Shown: piece after piece, positions 38,548-48,800 of the stretch
Layout: each line of letters begins with the position of its first letter
Position numbering within the stretch: the first letter of the stretch is position 1
Virus record (IMG/VR): IMGVR_UViG_3300042255_000018
DNA length: 64,000 bases
Direction: 5' to 3' (one strand)
Source of the DNA: a virus
The notes under the pieces: generated by a model
The model's database searches: none
Told to the model about the DNA's origin: nothing
Seen by the model: only the letters and a program-made list of their open reading frames with translations
Made by a program: the position numbers and the translations under genes

Positions 38548-39163
38548 ACCGGGATCCCAACGCTGCGTACAAGTCCTCTTCGGTGTCCCATTCTTCGGCC
38601 AGCTCCATCAGGTGCTCATTGTCTTCGCGGCCATCAGCCCAAACTTTCTTGTACTCGCCGCGAGTCTGGCCGTGATTGATGCGGAACCGGTTGAGGGTGT
38701 ACTTGATGAAATACGCCTCAGCGATTTCGCTGAAGCTGAAGCCGCAAGCTGCGCACAGCTTGGTGAACCAGAACACGTCGAATTTGCCTTTCGTGGCTGC
38801 TTTCGCAAGGTCCCTGGCGTACTTGGCAACAGAGGCCCCTGCAAGGTCTCCAGATGGTCGCTCAGCGCCTGCAACCATGTTGGCGACTGCTTCTGCCGCT
38901 GCGTCCTGCATCAGCAGCACAGACAGGCCGAAGTGAAGAATATCGACCAGTTCCAGTTTAACCTGCTGGGTATCGCACACCTGCTTGCGGTAGTGGAAGA
39001 TGCTGCCGTCGTGGTTCAACAGTTCGCCCGCCTCGATCCAGATGTAATCTGCGAAAGGGTGACTTTTGGTGCGCCACTCAGGGCAGTCGTACTGCGCATT
39101 CAGAAAATCCTGCGCTTCAAGAAGCTGTTCAACGGTATTTGTGCAAAGGTGCATTTTGTACAT
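38531..39163 (-). CDS. Dimeric all-alpha dUTPase
   Basis: EAGELL, LELVDILHF, KYTLNRFR..HG..GEYKKVWADGREDNE. Confidence 0.88.
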   Translation of the reverse strand: MYKMHLCTNTVEQLLEAQDFLNAQYDCPEWRTKSHPFADYIWIEAGELLNHDGSIFHYRKQVCDTQQVKLELVDILHFGLSVLLMQDAAAEAVANMVAGAERPSGDLAGASVAKYARDLAKAATKGKFDVFWFTKLCAACGFSFSEIAEAYFIKYTLNRFRINHGQTRGEYKKVWADGREDNEHLMELAEEWDTEEDLYAALGSRYAAVS

Positions 39164-39174
39164 CCTTGGTTGTT

Positions 39175-39196
39175 AAAAACCCCGGCATTGCCGGGG
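39175..39196 (-). terminator. Intrinsic terminator after the sbcC-like gene
   Basis: CCCCGGCAATGCCGGGG followed by TTTTT on the minus strand. Confidence 0.7.
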
Positions 39197-39222
39197 TCAT
39201 GGATCAGATTTTGTGGCCGAAC

Positions 39223-41394
39223 TCACTGACCGACGTGAATCACGTTCTGGGCCGCAAGCTGCTCAAATGGCCGATGGGTGATCATAACACACTGCCCACC
39301 GATGCCCATCAGTGCGCCCGCCAGTTGCAGAGCATTCTGATCATTCATTGCTTCGGTCGGTTCGTCAAGTATCAACAGGCCGGTGTTGCCATACAACGCT
39401 GCAGACAGTCCCACTCGCATGGCCACGCCGATGTGACCTTTCTGGGCACCGCTGCAGTTTGCGATAGGTACCCACTTGCCCGTCTCCTCAGCGACAAAAC
39501 CTCCATTTTCGTCTCTGGCGATACGACGAATTGCGCCGGCAGTGCTGATCGCTACCTTGGCACTGGCAACACCCAGAATCTGATCCCACACCTGTTTGAG
39601 GTATTCAGTGCGGGACTCAACCAAGAACTTTTCCAGGCGTTTATGGCGGTCAAGGTTGTCGGCGGTTTCCCGTAGTTGGTTCAGCTGTTCAACAAGCCGC
39701 TCCAACCGATTGCCAACGCCGGCCAGCTCCACCGACAGGGTGCGGATGTGGGATGAAAGCTCGACCTGCTGTGGGGCCAGCTTTGCGATCTCCTCAGCGA
39801 AGCATTCACGCTGCCGCTCTACGCCCTGTAGCTGTTCCTTCAGAGTGTCCAGTGTACCTGGCATACATCGGGCCTGTACCTCTCTGCCGCGCACCACTGT
39901 GTCTTCCAACTTGGCGCGAAGCTCGTCAACGCGCTTGCTCAACTTGGAGCGATTGCGGGCAAGCTGTTCAGCACCGGCAATCCGGGCCTCCAACTCTGCA
40001 GCTGTTCGCTCCATCTGCTCGGCTTGTGCGATGGCGTCAGCAGGGTTGCCGATCACTGTTTGAGATGAGTCCAGAACACCGTACTCGTGCAGGGCCTCCT
40101 CGTGTGCCGACAGCTTGGTGCCTTTCAAGTGATGGCTGTACTTGCGCTCCATCGACTGCAGGCGATCAACTTCTTTCTCGGTTTCAGCTCGAATTGCTTC
40201 AGCTTCCTGCAGCTGAGTCAGAGCCAAGTCGATGCGCCCCTGAATCTCTGCAGGGTTGTGGTCCTCGAAAGGTCGGTCACAGGCGCTGCATACGCCGTCT
40301 TTCAGCTCCTGCTTCAGCTTGGCGATGTGTTTCTGTAACGAGCGCACTTCCTGGTACGCCTCTGCATCCGCACTCAAGGCGGCCTTGATCTGTTCAGCCG
40401 GTGGAACTTTGCCGGCCAGAATCTCTTCCTCGTCAGCGGCTTCGCGCAGCTTGGGCAGAGTTACCTCCAGCTCGGCTTTGCGGTCGATAGTGTTCTGCCA
40501 CTGTTGAGCAAACTTGCGGGCTTCTTTGGCGCCTTTTCGCATGGCCTCGACATCCGATTCGTCTTGGCCAAGGTCAGGTACTTCTGGCAAAGCCGCCAAG
40601 TCTTCTTCCGCTGCCTCCAATGCAGATTGGTACTCCCGTGCTTGAAACTTCAGATTATCAAGCTCGCGGCGCTCCCGTTCTAGACCAGCGATGCGTTCCC
40701 GCAGTGAGGCTTCTGTAGCCTTCAGCTGATCATCGTCAGTCCGGTAGGTGAAGATGGTGCGTAAGAGTGCGCACAGCTCCTCCTCAGCTTTGGCGATTTT
40801 TCCTTCGAGTTCAGCCCGATGGATTTCGAGAGGGGTTATCTCCGACTTGATCTCTTCGGGGTCAGAGGACGCTGCACTGGCCTTCAGAACGCCCATCTGC
40901 TGACGAACGGCAACCAACACACTGTCGATTACCTCTGCACCTGAAAACGCCTCTACGCGCTTCTGAAGGGCTGTAGCGCCGAATGTCAGGACTCCTGCTG
41001 TCTCGCCCTGCATGGACAGGATGAACAGCGCGAAGTCTTTGAAGGCCAGACCCAACAGCTCCTCAATGAACTTGGTGCATGTGGTGTTGCCGGAGGCTAC
41101 GATGTTGCCGTCCAGCACGACCGCGCCGTTCCTGAGGTCTCTGGTAATAGTGTAGACATCCTGATCGTGCTCGATCACCATCTTGATCTTGAAGTTCTTC
41201 TGGCCCCAGGTCGGAATATCCTCTTTCTTGCCGGGGATCGCAGTGAGCCCGTACAGGCCGGTCACGACGGCATGGAGTAGGGTGGTCTTGCCGGCCCAGT
41301 TGTCACCGATAATGGTGTTGAGCCCGTCGGTGAAGTCGGCGCGGAAGTCGCGCAGTTTCTTGAAATTCTGTACTTCGATGCTGATGAGTTTCAT
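39223..41394 (-). CDS. SbcC/Rad50-like ATPase
   Basis: GDNWAGKTT, Zn hook CSAC, CSGAQ signature, LILDEPT, ITH. Confidence 0.92.
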   Translation of the reverse strand: MKLISIEVQNFKKLRDFRADFTDGLNTIIGDNWAGKTTLLHAVVTGLYGLTAIPGKKEDIPTWGQKNFKIKMVIEHDQDVYTITRDLRNGAVVLDGNIVASGNTTCTKFIEELLGLAFKDFALFILSMQGETAGVLTFGATALQKRVEAFSGAEVIDSVLVAVRQQMGVLKASAASSDPEEIKSEITPLEIHRAELEGKIAKAEEELCALLRTIFTYRTDDDQLKATEASLRERIAGLERERRELDNLKFQAREYQSALEAAEEDLAALPEVPDLGQDESDVEAMRKGAKEARKFAQQWQNTIDRKAELEVTLPKLREAADEEEILAGKVPPAEQIKAALSADAEAYQEVRSLQKHIAKLKQELKDGVCSACDRPFEDHNPAEIQGRIDLALTQLQEAEAIRAETEKEVDRLQSMERKYSHHLKGTKLSAHEEALHEYGVLDSSQTVIGNPADAIAQAEQMERTAAELEARIAGAEQLARNRSKLSKRVDELRAKLEDTVVRGREVQARCMPGTLDTLKEQLQGVERQRECFAEEIAKLAPQQVELSSHIRTLSVELAGVGNRLERLVEQLNQLRETADNLDRHKRLEKFLVESRTEYLKQVWDQILGVASAKVAISTAGAIRRIARDENGGFVAEETGKWVPIANCSGAQKGHIGVAMRVGLSAALYGNTGLLILDEPTEAMNDQNALQLAGALMGIGGQCVMITHRPFEQLAAQNVIHVGQ

Positions 41395-41409
41395 GGTCTG
41401 GTCCTTTGG

Positions 41410-41676
41410 TCAGTCTTTGTCCGGTACGACATACGATTTGGTCACCGTCACTCTGCCGTGAGTTCGCTCGCCAAAAGCGTCTACCGGGGGCAAAGTGGGC
41501 GACAGCGTGAACTTCCTCAAAAACACTGCAAGGGGCCTGGCCCATACATTACCGTCCACATCCCGGTAGACCACCTCGGTCTCCCAAGACTCTGCCTTTT
41601 CGTTGGCTACGCAGATGATCTTGTAGAGCCGACCGCTGTGGTGCTGCCAGACTTCGTTTGTGATTGGCGTGGTCAT
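41410..41676 (-). CDS. DUF1653-like protein
   Basis: WQHHSGRLYKIICVA...VVYR...WARPLAVF. Confidence 0.75.
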   Translation of the reverse strand: MTTPITNEVWQHHSGRLYKIICVANEKAESWETEVVYRDVDGNVWARPLAVFLRKFTLSPTLPPVDAFGERTHGRVTVTKSYVVPDKD

Positions 41677-41951
41677 AGCTCTCCCTTCCACAGTTCTACC
41701 CAGACGACAGGCCAGGTTACGGCCAGTACGAGGTAAACAAACAGGATAAACCACATTGATTCATCCTGTCTGGGCGCAACCAGATCATACTCAATGTCTT
41801 CTTCATCCCATTCCGTAGTTGTGAGATACGCGCCGTATAATTGGAGCATTACAAAGGCAGCGGTCAAACTACCTATGATCAGCCAAGCGATTGCAAACTT
41901 AGCAGTTGGCACTGGTAGTGGCAGGTTTACATTGATGAACTCGAACATCAT
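41673..41951 (-). CDS. Small membrane protein
   Basis: Two hydrophobic segments, WP motif. Confidence 0.6.
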   Translation of the reverse strand: MMFEFINVNLPLPVPTAKFAIAWLIIGSLTAAFVMLQLYGAYLTTTEWDEEDIEYDLVAPRQDESMWFILFVYLVLAVTWPVVWVELWKGEL

Positions 41952-42172
41952 TCTGCCTCCTCGTCTTCCTCAGGCGCCGGAGGATTAACCCTCATTGCCA
42001 GTGTTCGCAGGCGTGATATTTCCCGTGTAAGGGCAAGCTCCACACTGCCGAAATGGTTTTCTGATCGCTGATAATCGCTGCTGAACCTTGCGATCTCGTT
42101 GGCTCTACGCTCCAATAACTCAGCGATCTGCTTGCGTTCAGACGAGGTTAAATAGGTCGGTTCTTCGAGCAT
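41948..42172 (-). CDS. Hypothetical protein
   Basis: GGAGG RBS, MLEEPTYL...; coupled to neighbours. Confidence 0.6.
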   Translation of the reverse strand: MLEEPTYLTSSERKQIAELLERRANEIARFSSDYQRSENHFGSVELALTREISRLRTLAMRVNPPAPEEDEEAE

Positions 42173-42507
42173 CACTGTACCTCCTTGCCGTTCTCCACCG
42201 CAGACCACCGGGTGGCGGGTATGTCAAACAACCGCGCCATTTCGCCCTGTGTCAGGCCTAAGCTCAGACGGGTCTGGCGCAGCTTATGTCCTATCACTAC
42301 CGGATCAGTGGTGCGGTTTTCGATTGCGTTCTTGGCACACTGCACCTGATCGACAGGGATACAGCAGACACGTGGCTGGAAATGAGGCATCCCAGGCCAG
42401 TTCCCGCAAGGCGCAGCTGATTCACAATCATCTGGTTGGTGTGGCTTGGCATGACTGCAGTTGGTGCTTTTGCATGTCAGCGACATGCCGCATTGGTGGG
42501 TTTGCAT
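42172..42507 (-). CDS. Cys-rich N-terminus plus XRE HTH protein
   Basis: LRQTRLSLGLTQGEMARLFDIPATRWSAVENG. Confidence 0.7.
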   Translation of the reverse strand: MQTHQCGMSLTCKSTNCSHAKPHQPDDCESAAPCGNWPGMPHFQPRVCCIPVDQVQCAKNAIENRTTDPVVIGHKLRQTRLSLGLTQGEMARLFDIPATRWSAVENGKEVQ

Positions 42508-43556
42508 CACTGCACCTCCGCCCGGTAGTAGCTCCAAAGCTCCCCAATGTCAGACCCAGAAAGGTCGGCGCTGATCTGCGCTTCCAGGTCGTGAATCTTG
42601 CCGCCCTCGCTGGCCTCTGACACCAGAATGTCAGTGGTGTATCCGACCCGGTTGCGTACCATCAACCGGCCCATGGCATTGAACCAGCGGGTCACATACT
42701 CTGCCAGCTCAGGGCCATGTTCAGGGGCGATAGTGCCGACCAGATCGACGAACTCACTGTGGATATTTGGCTCCGGCCACTCGGCAGGTGCGCCTGAGAT
42801 TTCGATCTCGGCGTAGCCCATGTGGGCGTCCCAGATCAGGTGTTTCTCCAGCTTGCCGTGGGCATAGGTCCACAGGTACTTATCGCTGATGTCGCCCATG
42901 CTGGTGGGGTGGGTGTTGCCGAGGTTCACGAACCGGCCACCCAAGTGGGTTGAGTGGGCATGTTCGTGGCCGTTCAGAATATATTCGTACCCGGCATCCA
43001 GCAGCAGCTGCGCCTGCTCTCGTGTGATGTTCAAACTGGCATCGTCGTGCGTGGCACGATCACTGTCGAAGTTGCAGTGGGTGATGACCAGCCCTTTTAT
43101 CGGGTTGTTGATCGCAGCTTGGATGGCTTCGTCGAACAGCTGCTGGGTGGCGTGGTGAGGGATCAGGGTGATGTTGGTGCCACACTTGGCAGCGCCCTGC
43201 TCGATCCGTATGCCTCCAACTGGTGGAATCACCACCGTACCGTCACATCCGCTCAGTTCGTCCAGCAGTTGTACTGTGCTGACCTTGTTGGCCCGGTTGG
43301 GCAGATCGTGATTGCCGGCGAGGATCACATCGCATTTGCGCATAACCTGCATACCCTGCAGGATTGCGGCTTCGTCGTTGGTGTCCTTGTCGAACAGGTC
43401 CCCGGCGATGATTTTGGTCACCTCGGGTCCGTTGTAAGTGCTCAAGTTGTTGTCTAGCTGCTTGAACAAGGTCTGTTTCAAGTGATGCCGGCTGGCCACG
43501 GTTGTGTTTGCACCCCGGTTGGTGCCGAGGTGCGGGTCGCTCATTATGACGATCAT
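42507..43556 (-). CDS. SbcD/Mre11-like metallophosphoesterase nuclease
   Basis: SDPHLG, AGDLFD, GNHD, GHEH. Confidence 0.92.
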   Translation of the reverse strand: MIVIMSDPHLGTNRGANTTVASRHHLKQTLFKQLDNNLSTYNGPEVTKIIAGDLFDKDTNDEAAILQGMQVMRKCDVILAGNHDLPNRANKVSTVQLLDELSGCDGTVVIPPVGGIRIEQGAAKCGTNITLIPHHATQQLFDEAIQAAINNPIKGLVITHCNFDSDRATHDDASLNITREQAQLLLDAGYEYILNGHEHAHSTHLGGRFVNLGNTHPTSMGDISDKYLWTYAHGKLEKHLIWDAHMGYAEIEISGAPAEWPEPNIHSEFVDLVGTIAPEHGPELAEYVTRWFNAMGRLMVRNRVGYTTDILVSEASEGGKIHDLEAQISADLSGSDIGELWSYYRAEVQ

Positions 43557-43604
43557 GGTCTGGTCCTTTGGTCTTTTGGTTAGGGGCCGGTAAGCCCCTG
43601 AATG

Positions 43605-43835
43605 TCACTGCACCTGCATAATCAGGTCTAACGGGCTGTCCTCTATCATTCGCAGAGCCTCGTTCCTGGTCGCGTAGGCATCTGGCAGTTTATGGTAATC
43701 CAAACTTCCGTTGTCCTTTGGGTACACCAAGGTGATTCCGAACTCCTTGCCGACCCGATCGACCAGAAAAACGACATCCATTTTATCGGCCAGTCTGATT
43801 GATCGGCAGAAATCATAATTCGGGGTACTACTCAC
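43605..43835 (-). CDS. Hypothetical protein
   Basis: GGAGG RBS; coupled ORF. Confidence 0.55.
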   Translation of the reverse strand: MSSTPNYDFCRSIRLADKMDVVFLVDRVGKEFGITLVYPKDNGSLDYHKLPDAYATRNEALRMIEDSPLDLIMQVQ

Positions 43836-44122
43836 GTTGCATTCCTCCTGAATGAATCAAAGTCATCGAACGCTTTGTCAACGTCGGCCAGGTTAATAAC
43901 CCCGGTAAGGCTGATAACCTGAGTGCAGGTTCCAGAACCTCTGCGATGGGGGAACCAATAGGCATCGCAATGGCAAAGTGTCGTCTTGTGCTCTTTTCTC
44001 AATCTGTAGCTGTCAACGGAGTATTCACCGCCACAGCTACAGCGTTTTGGCACCTTGTAATCTGCGGGGTGCCGTTTAAAACTTCTCCGGCCCCTGCAGC
44101 GTTTGCAGCGGCATGGGTACAT
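43832..44122 (-). CDS. Cys-rich Zn-binding hypothetical protein
   Basis: CRCKRC...CSCG...CHCDAYWFPHRRGS.C. Confidence 0.7.
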   Translation of the reverse strand: MYPCRCKRCRGRRSFKRHPADYKVPKRCSCGGEYSVDSYRLRKEHKTTLCHCDAYWFPHRRGSGTCTQVISLTGVINLADVDKAFDDFDSFRRNAT

Positions 44123-44161
44123 ATCAAAGGTCCTCTCGGAATCTTAGATGTCCTCGGAATC

Positions 44162-45331
44162 CTAGACATCCTCTCGCAATCCGAGGGCTACTGGCTGCAG
44201 CGGTATGCCGTCATCAGATAACGCGAAGAACTTGATCGTAGCGATCTTGCCGATCACGTCATCGCGCCGCTGCCACCAGCGGTCTTTCTCGTACATGTCG
44301 CCAGGCGCAGTGGCCTCAAACTGCTCGAAGTTGTCCGCAACCAATTGCCACACAGCTACCTCAAGCCATCTGTCTTCAGCTGCCAAGTAGCGTGGACTGC
44401 CCTTGGTGACGCCGACGATTGTGAACTCAGCATCCTGGTAGTCTTTGAGCTTCAACAGGTTGCGGCTGCGCTTATCATCTTCGTACCCGGCTGTACCGTG
44501 ACGAAGGATGGCCCCTTCATAACCTGCCGCAACTGCTTGGGCTTGAAGCTGTTGAGCTTCTGCGACACTGGTTATTTTTACAGTATTTAACAACCGTATG
44601 AACGATCCGTCAATATCTTCTGATGAAAGATAATCCTTCAGCATCTCCAAGCGGTGTTCATACGCCATGTCCTTCACGCAGTCGTAGACGTGGTACACCA
44701 GCTGTGTGGACTCTTCACGAGGCCGTTTGACCAACGATCCAATCTGCTGCAGGGGTGTACCGTGGCAGTAGAGTTCTCCGTCAAGGTGCAACGAGTAGCC
44801 AAGTTTGTTTTCCAGCGCCTCAAGCTGGTCTTTAATGTGAGGCAGGTTGATCTCCTTGCCTTGACGGCTGTAGAGAACTCCGTCCTTGTACATCGCCCGG
44901 TGGCCGTCCAGCTTGTACTGGCCGAAACAGTTCGCCCAGTCGATGCTCTCAGGCTTCACCTTGCTCCACACGGTAGCCAGCATGGGCTTGGCCAGGCCCA
45001 GGGAGTTGGTGGCCTGGGCGCCTGCCTCAGGCATGACCAGGGTGTACCCCTTGTCTTCCTGCTTGCGAATGCGGCTGGCCATTTCGGACATCGCCTGTTC
45101 CCAGGGAGTCGTCTCGTTGGCCCGGCCAATGTTCTTGCCTTTCACTGGCACACGGCTACCCGTCGCCTTGCCATCCAGGGTCTTGGCGTGGCTGATCACC
45201 AGGTATGCCTCGTCGCCACCATCTGGCATCTCGACGTTGATGTTCCAGTAGCCCACGCTGTTGGCGTGGGACTTGTACAGGGTCGTCTGTTCGCTGGCGT
45301 TCACCAGCTGAGTCATGGTCTGTGCGGTCAT
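44162..45331 (-). CDS. ATP-dependent DNA ligase
   Basis: KLDGHR (motif I), LDGELY, EGAILR, LLKLK. Confidence 0.95.
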   Translation of the reverse strand: MTAQTMTQLVNASEQTTLYKSHANSVGYWNINVEMPDGGDEAYLVISHAKTLDGKATGSRVPVKGKNIGRANETTPWEQAMSEMASRIRKQEDKGYTLVMPEAGAQATNSLGLAKPMLATVWSKVKPESIDWANCFGQYKLDGHRAMYKDGVLYSRQGKEINLPHIKDQLEALENKLGYSLHLDGELYCHGTPLQQIGSLVKRPREESTQLVYHVYDCVKDMAYEHRLEMLKDYLSSEDIDGSFIRLLNTVKITSVAEAQQLQAQAVAAGYEGAILRHGTAGYEDDKRSRNLLKLKDYQDAEFTIVGVTKGSPRYLAAEDRWLEVAVWQLVADNFEQFEATAPGDMYEKDRWWQRRDDVIGKIATIKFFALSDDGIPLQPVALGLREDV

Positions 45332-45783
45332 GTGGTCAGTATCTCTAACATCTTTTGGTCAAGTTGGTCCCAGGGGAATTCGTCTATAAGGCCGGACTTC
45401 GGCAGTGGTGTGCCTTGGGCACGACACACTGCAAGAGTCATACCGTCCCACACCTCTATCATGTTTCGGGGCTCCGAATAGAACCAGAAGGTGTAGTGTT
45501 CACCGAGGTCACACCACTTCCGTGCAAAGGCACACTGCTGGTCTCGCACCATCTGAAAGCAGTTACGCAGTGAGTTGTGTTTCTCGCTGGCCTTCACTTC
45601 CACAAAATGTGTGTGCGAGAACGGAGTTGCCTTCACCATGAAATCCGAGGGTTGAGCCCGGACGAACCTGGCGGCTTGGCGGGTGTCCACAAATTCGTGA
45701 ACGAGCCCACACGATTCAAAGTGTTTTCGGAGCCGGTCCCAGGACTCTGCCTGGAACCAGTCGCCTATGTTGTTCTTTGCCAT
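45328..45783 (-). CDS. Holliday junction resolvase (RecU/PD-(D/E)xK-like)
   Basis: QPSDF...FVEVKAS. Confidence 0.7.
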   Translation of the reverse strand: MAKNNIGDWFQAESWDRLRKHFESCGLVHEFVDTRQAARFVRAQPSDFMVKATPFSHTHFVEVKASEKHNSLRNCFQMVRDQQCAFARKWCDLGEHYTFWFYSEPRNMIEVWDGMTLAVCRAQGTPLPKSGLIDEFPWDQLDQKMLEILTT

Positions 45784-45805
45784 ACGTCCTCCCAAAGGAG
45801 CGGCG

Positions 45806-48800
45806 TTAAGCCGCTCTATTTGTAGCCCGCTCCCACAGGTGCAGGCGCTGCTGGTTTTCTTCCCAGGCCGCTCGTGCCGCCTGTTCGATCACCTCACGTT
45901 CCGGCAGTCGTCCCAGCTCTTTCACCTTGCCCCAATCAGGGCCGACGGAGAACTCAGGCACCTGCGGCACCACATGCCCCGGAGGAGTGGCCTCGGACAT
46001 CAGCTCGTTCATCTCAACGCAGTAGTCCCACACGTCATCAACGTGAACCCAGGACACTACCTCGTCGTAGATCGGAGCGAAGAACACCATCCGCAGGCGC
46101 TGGATCAAGCCACGCTGCCAGATGCCGGTCAGGACTTTCTTCAGCATGTCTGCAGCGGTGCCCTGGATTTCAAAGTTCGCACCCTGACGTTCCATACGAC
46201 TGCGCTTGCCGGCTTCCTTGCTGAAGATGTCATCCGTCATGTGGCGGCGGGTGCCAAACGTTGTCTGGGTGAAACCGTAGGCACGGGCAAAGTCAGCAGA
46301 GCGTTCCTGCCAGATGCCGATGCCGGGGTAGGTGGCGTGGGCGGCTGACAGCAGTTGTTCTGCTTCTTCGACCGGCACTGTCAGGTTTCGAGACAGGGTT
46401 TCGGCCCCGGCACCGTATGACAGGCCGAAGTTTGTACCCTTTGCCTTCTTGCCACGCACCTTGCTGTAGTCCTTGTGATTAGCGTGACCTTCGTCGTTGT
46501 AGGCTTCGATGAAGGTCTCGTAATCCACGCCGATGATCCCTGATGCGGTCATGCCGTGCAGGTCTTTCTCGTTGTCAGTGTTGTGGTAGTACGTACCATG
46601 TTCTGTGCGGCTCACCCCGTACACTGACAGCAGGTTGGCATCCATCGTCTGGCAGGCCATGATGCGAAGCTCCTGGCCGGAGTAGTCGATAGGCACTGCT
46701 ACGTAGTCAGGGTGCGGCGGCAGGAACAGGCTTCGCATACGAAGTCCGCTGTCCCGGTACGTCTCACCCTTTGACACCTGCAGGATGTTCGGAGCACCAC
46801 CGGCCGGGCGGCGGGTGACTGTGCCACAGTTGCGAACCGAGGGATGAATACGTCCATCTGTCGGACGGACCCAGTTCGGGTATGGCTTGTGGTACAGGCC
46901 GAGACGAGTGAGTGCAGCTTTCGCCTCAAGAACAAGGTTCAGCACTTCTGCCTTCCACTCATGCTCGCCTTCACAGTCGTTTGCCAAGGCCATCTTGATC
47001 ACCTTGTCATCGGTGCCGGGGGAGCCTTCAAGCCCGAGGCTCATGCGCGAGGACCCTACCTGAGGCTTGGTCCGCAGTCGTAACGGCAGAGCCAGCTTGC
47101 AGTACAGTAGTTCCTGCATCTGGTTTGGTGAGTTAAGCGACAGCTCATCGCCGTACTCCGAGATTTTCGGCTCGAAGAACTGTGCACAAAACTCGCACAA
47201 TTGTTCGTAGGCTTCACCCTCGCGCTTGTTCAGCAGTTTTGAAGAGGCGCCCAGGAGCGTGACGAACTTCTGCTGCTGGGGCGTCAGCATCATCACTTCT
47301 TCGGTTTCAAAATCAACGCTGTGCTTGGCCAGCCACTCGGATACAGCAGCCTGTGTGACTTTCTCAAGAGGGTCCATGCCAAGGGCATTGGTGACTCTCT
47401 CAAACTGCTTCACCGTAGGGGTGAACACCGGAGGAATCTCATCACGGCCATAGGGGACGTAAGGCACTGCCGCCTGCAGCTTGGTCTCCCAACGCTGCAA
47501 CGCTGCGTCTGTCTGCTGACGAATCCAGACAGCCTGCTCGGTGTCCATGTTCTTGCCAGCCTCAGCCTGCTTCTTGTACTTCGATCTGAGGAGCTTTTTC
47601 TGGATCGGCTTCTCTGCCTCGATCAAACCCTCGACGCCGCTGTAGTCAAGCTGTGGGCCGTCCAGGCAGTGTTCTGAAAGGATCGCCCGAATCTTCTCGA
47701 TAGCTTCCTGTGAGACGCGCTCGTCGTCTTCGCGGATACGGGACATCAGTTCAGTGTCCATTACCACGCCTTCCATGAACGCCTGCATCAGCACGTTCGC
47801 TGTGTACAGCTCGTTCTGCTCGTAGAAGTCGATGGTGCCTTCCAGCTGTAGGATCATGTGCATGAAGTCGAACAGGTAGGCGGTGACCACGCCATCATCC
47901 ACGCCGTAGCTGAACACCTGCTCAGGTGTCAGTTCGGACATGTTGCTGACGCCAGCCGCTGCCAGGGTGTCCATGTAGCTGACCTGATCGTAGTTGAGGA
48001 TGGACTTGCTCAGGTATTTCAGGCCAGAGCGGCTGTTCTCGTCCACGTAGCTGGACATGATGTTGGTGTCGTACAGACCTTCCAGCTCGATACCGGCATT
48101 GGTCTTGGTCACCGTCATCTCAAACATGGCGTTGTGGGCAACGAGAGGTTTGTTCTCGTAGGCGAACATCACCAAGTCGAGAAGTACATCAACCGGCAAG
48201 TTGTGTTCAGACTTGTGGCCGACGCTGACGTAGACAGAGGACTCAAGGTTCTGACCGAACGTCAGGACACCTCCTGTGATTTTCTGGCTGAGAACGTCCA
48301 CGTAATCAGGGTCGTTCAGTCGGTAGCACTCAAACTGCTGGTCATCCCAGGATTCATAGTCGAACGTGACGAAGGGCGATTTCAGAATTTCGTTCTTGAT
48401 CGCTGCAATGAATCCGGGGTCGTATTCCTTCTGCGTGAGCAGGTATGCCACGGGGAGGAACGGTTCAAACACGCTGAACAGGTCCTGGCAGTTGGCCGAG
48501 GCCAGTAGCTCCTGTACTTTTACCCGGTCGGCAACCCGGCGAGTCCACAACATCTTCGGCAGTTTCTTGCCGGCCGGCTTCCAGCACAGTTCTGGGTGCA
48601 GCTTGGCAACCTGCCACTGACGGCGGAACTCGTCCCAGTTGTTGACCAACAGCTGTAACGACTTCAGGCCGGTCAACTCCGCTGCGTTCTTCACCGGCTC
48701 CAGGTCGCGGGCTTCCACAGCGGCTTCGATCTCTTTCACGCCGTCATAGCCAACAGCCTCAACCAGCTCGTCCCACTTGGCAGGGCCGAATCCCGGTACA

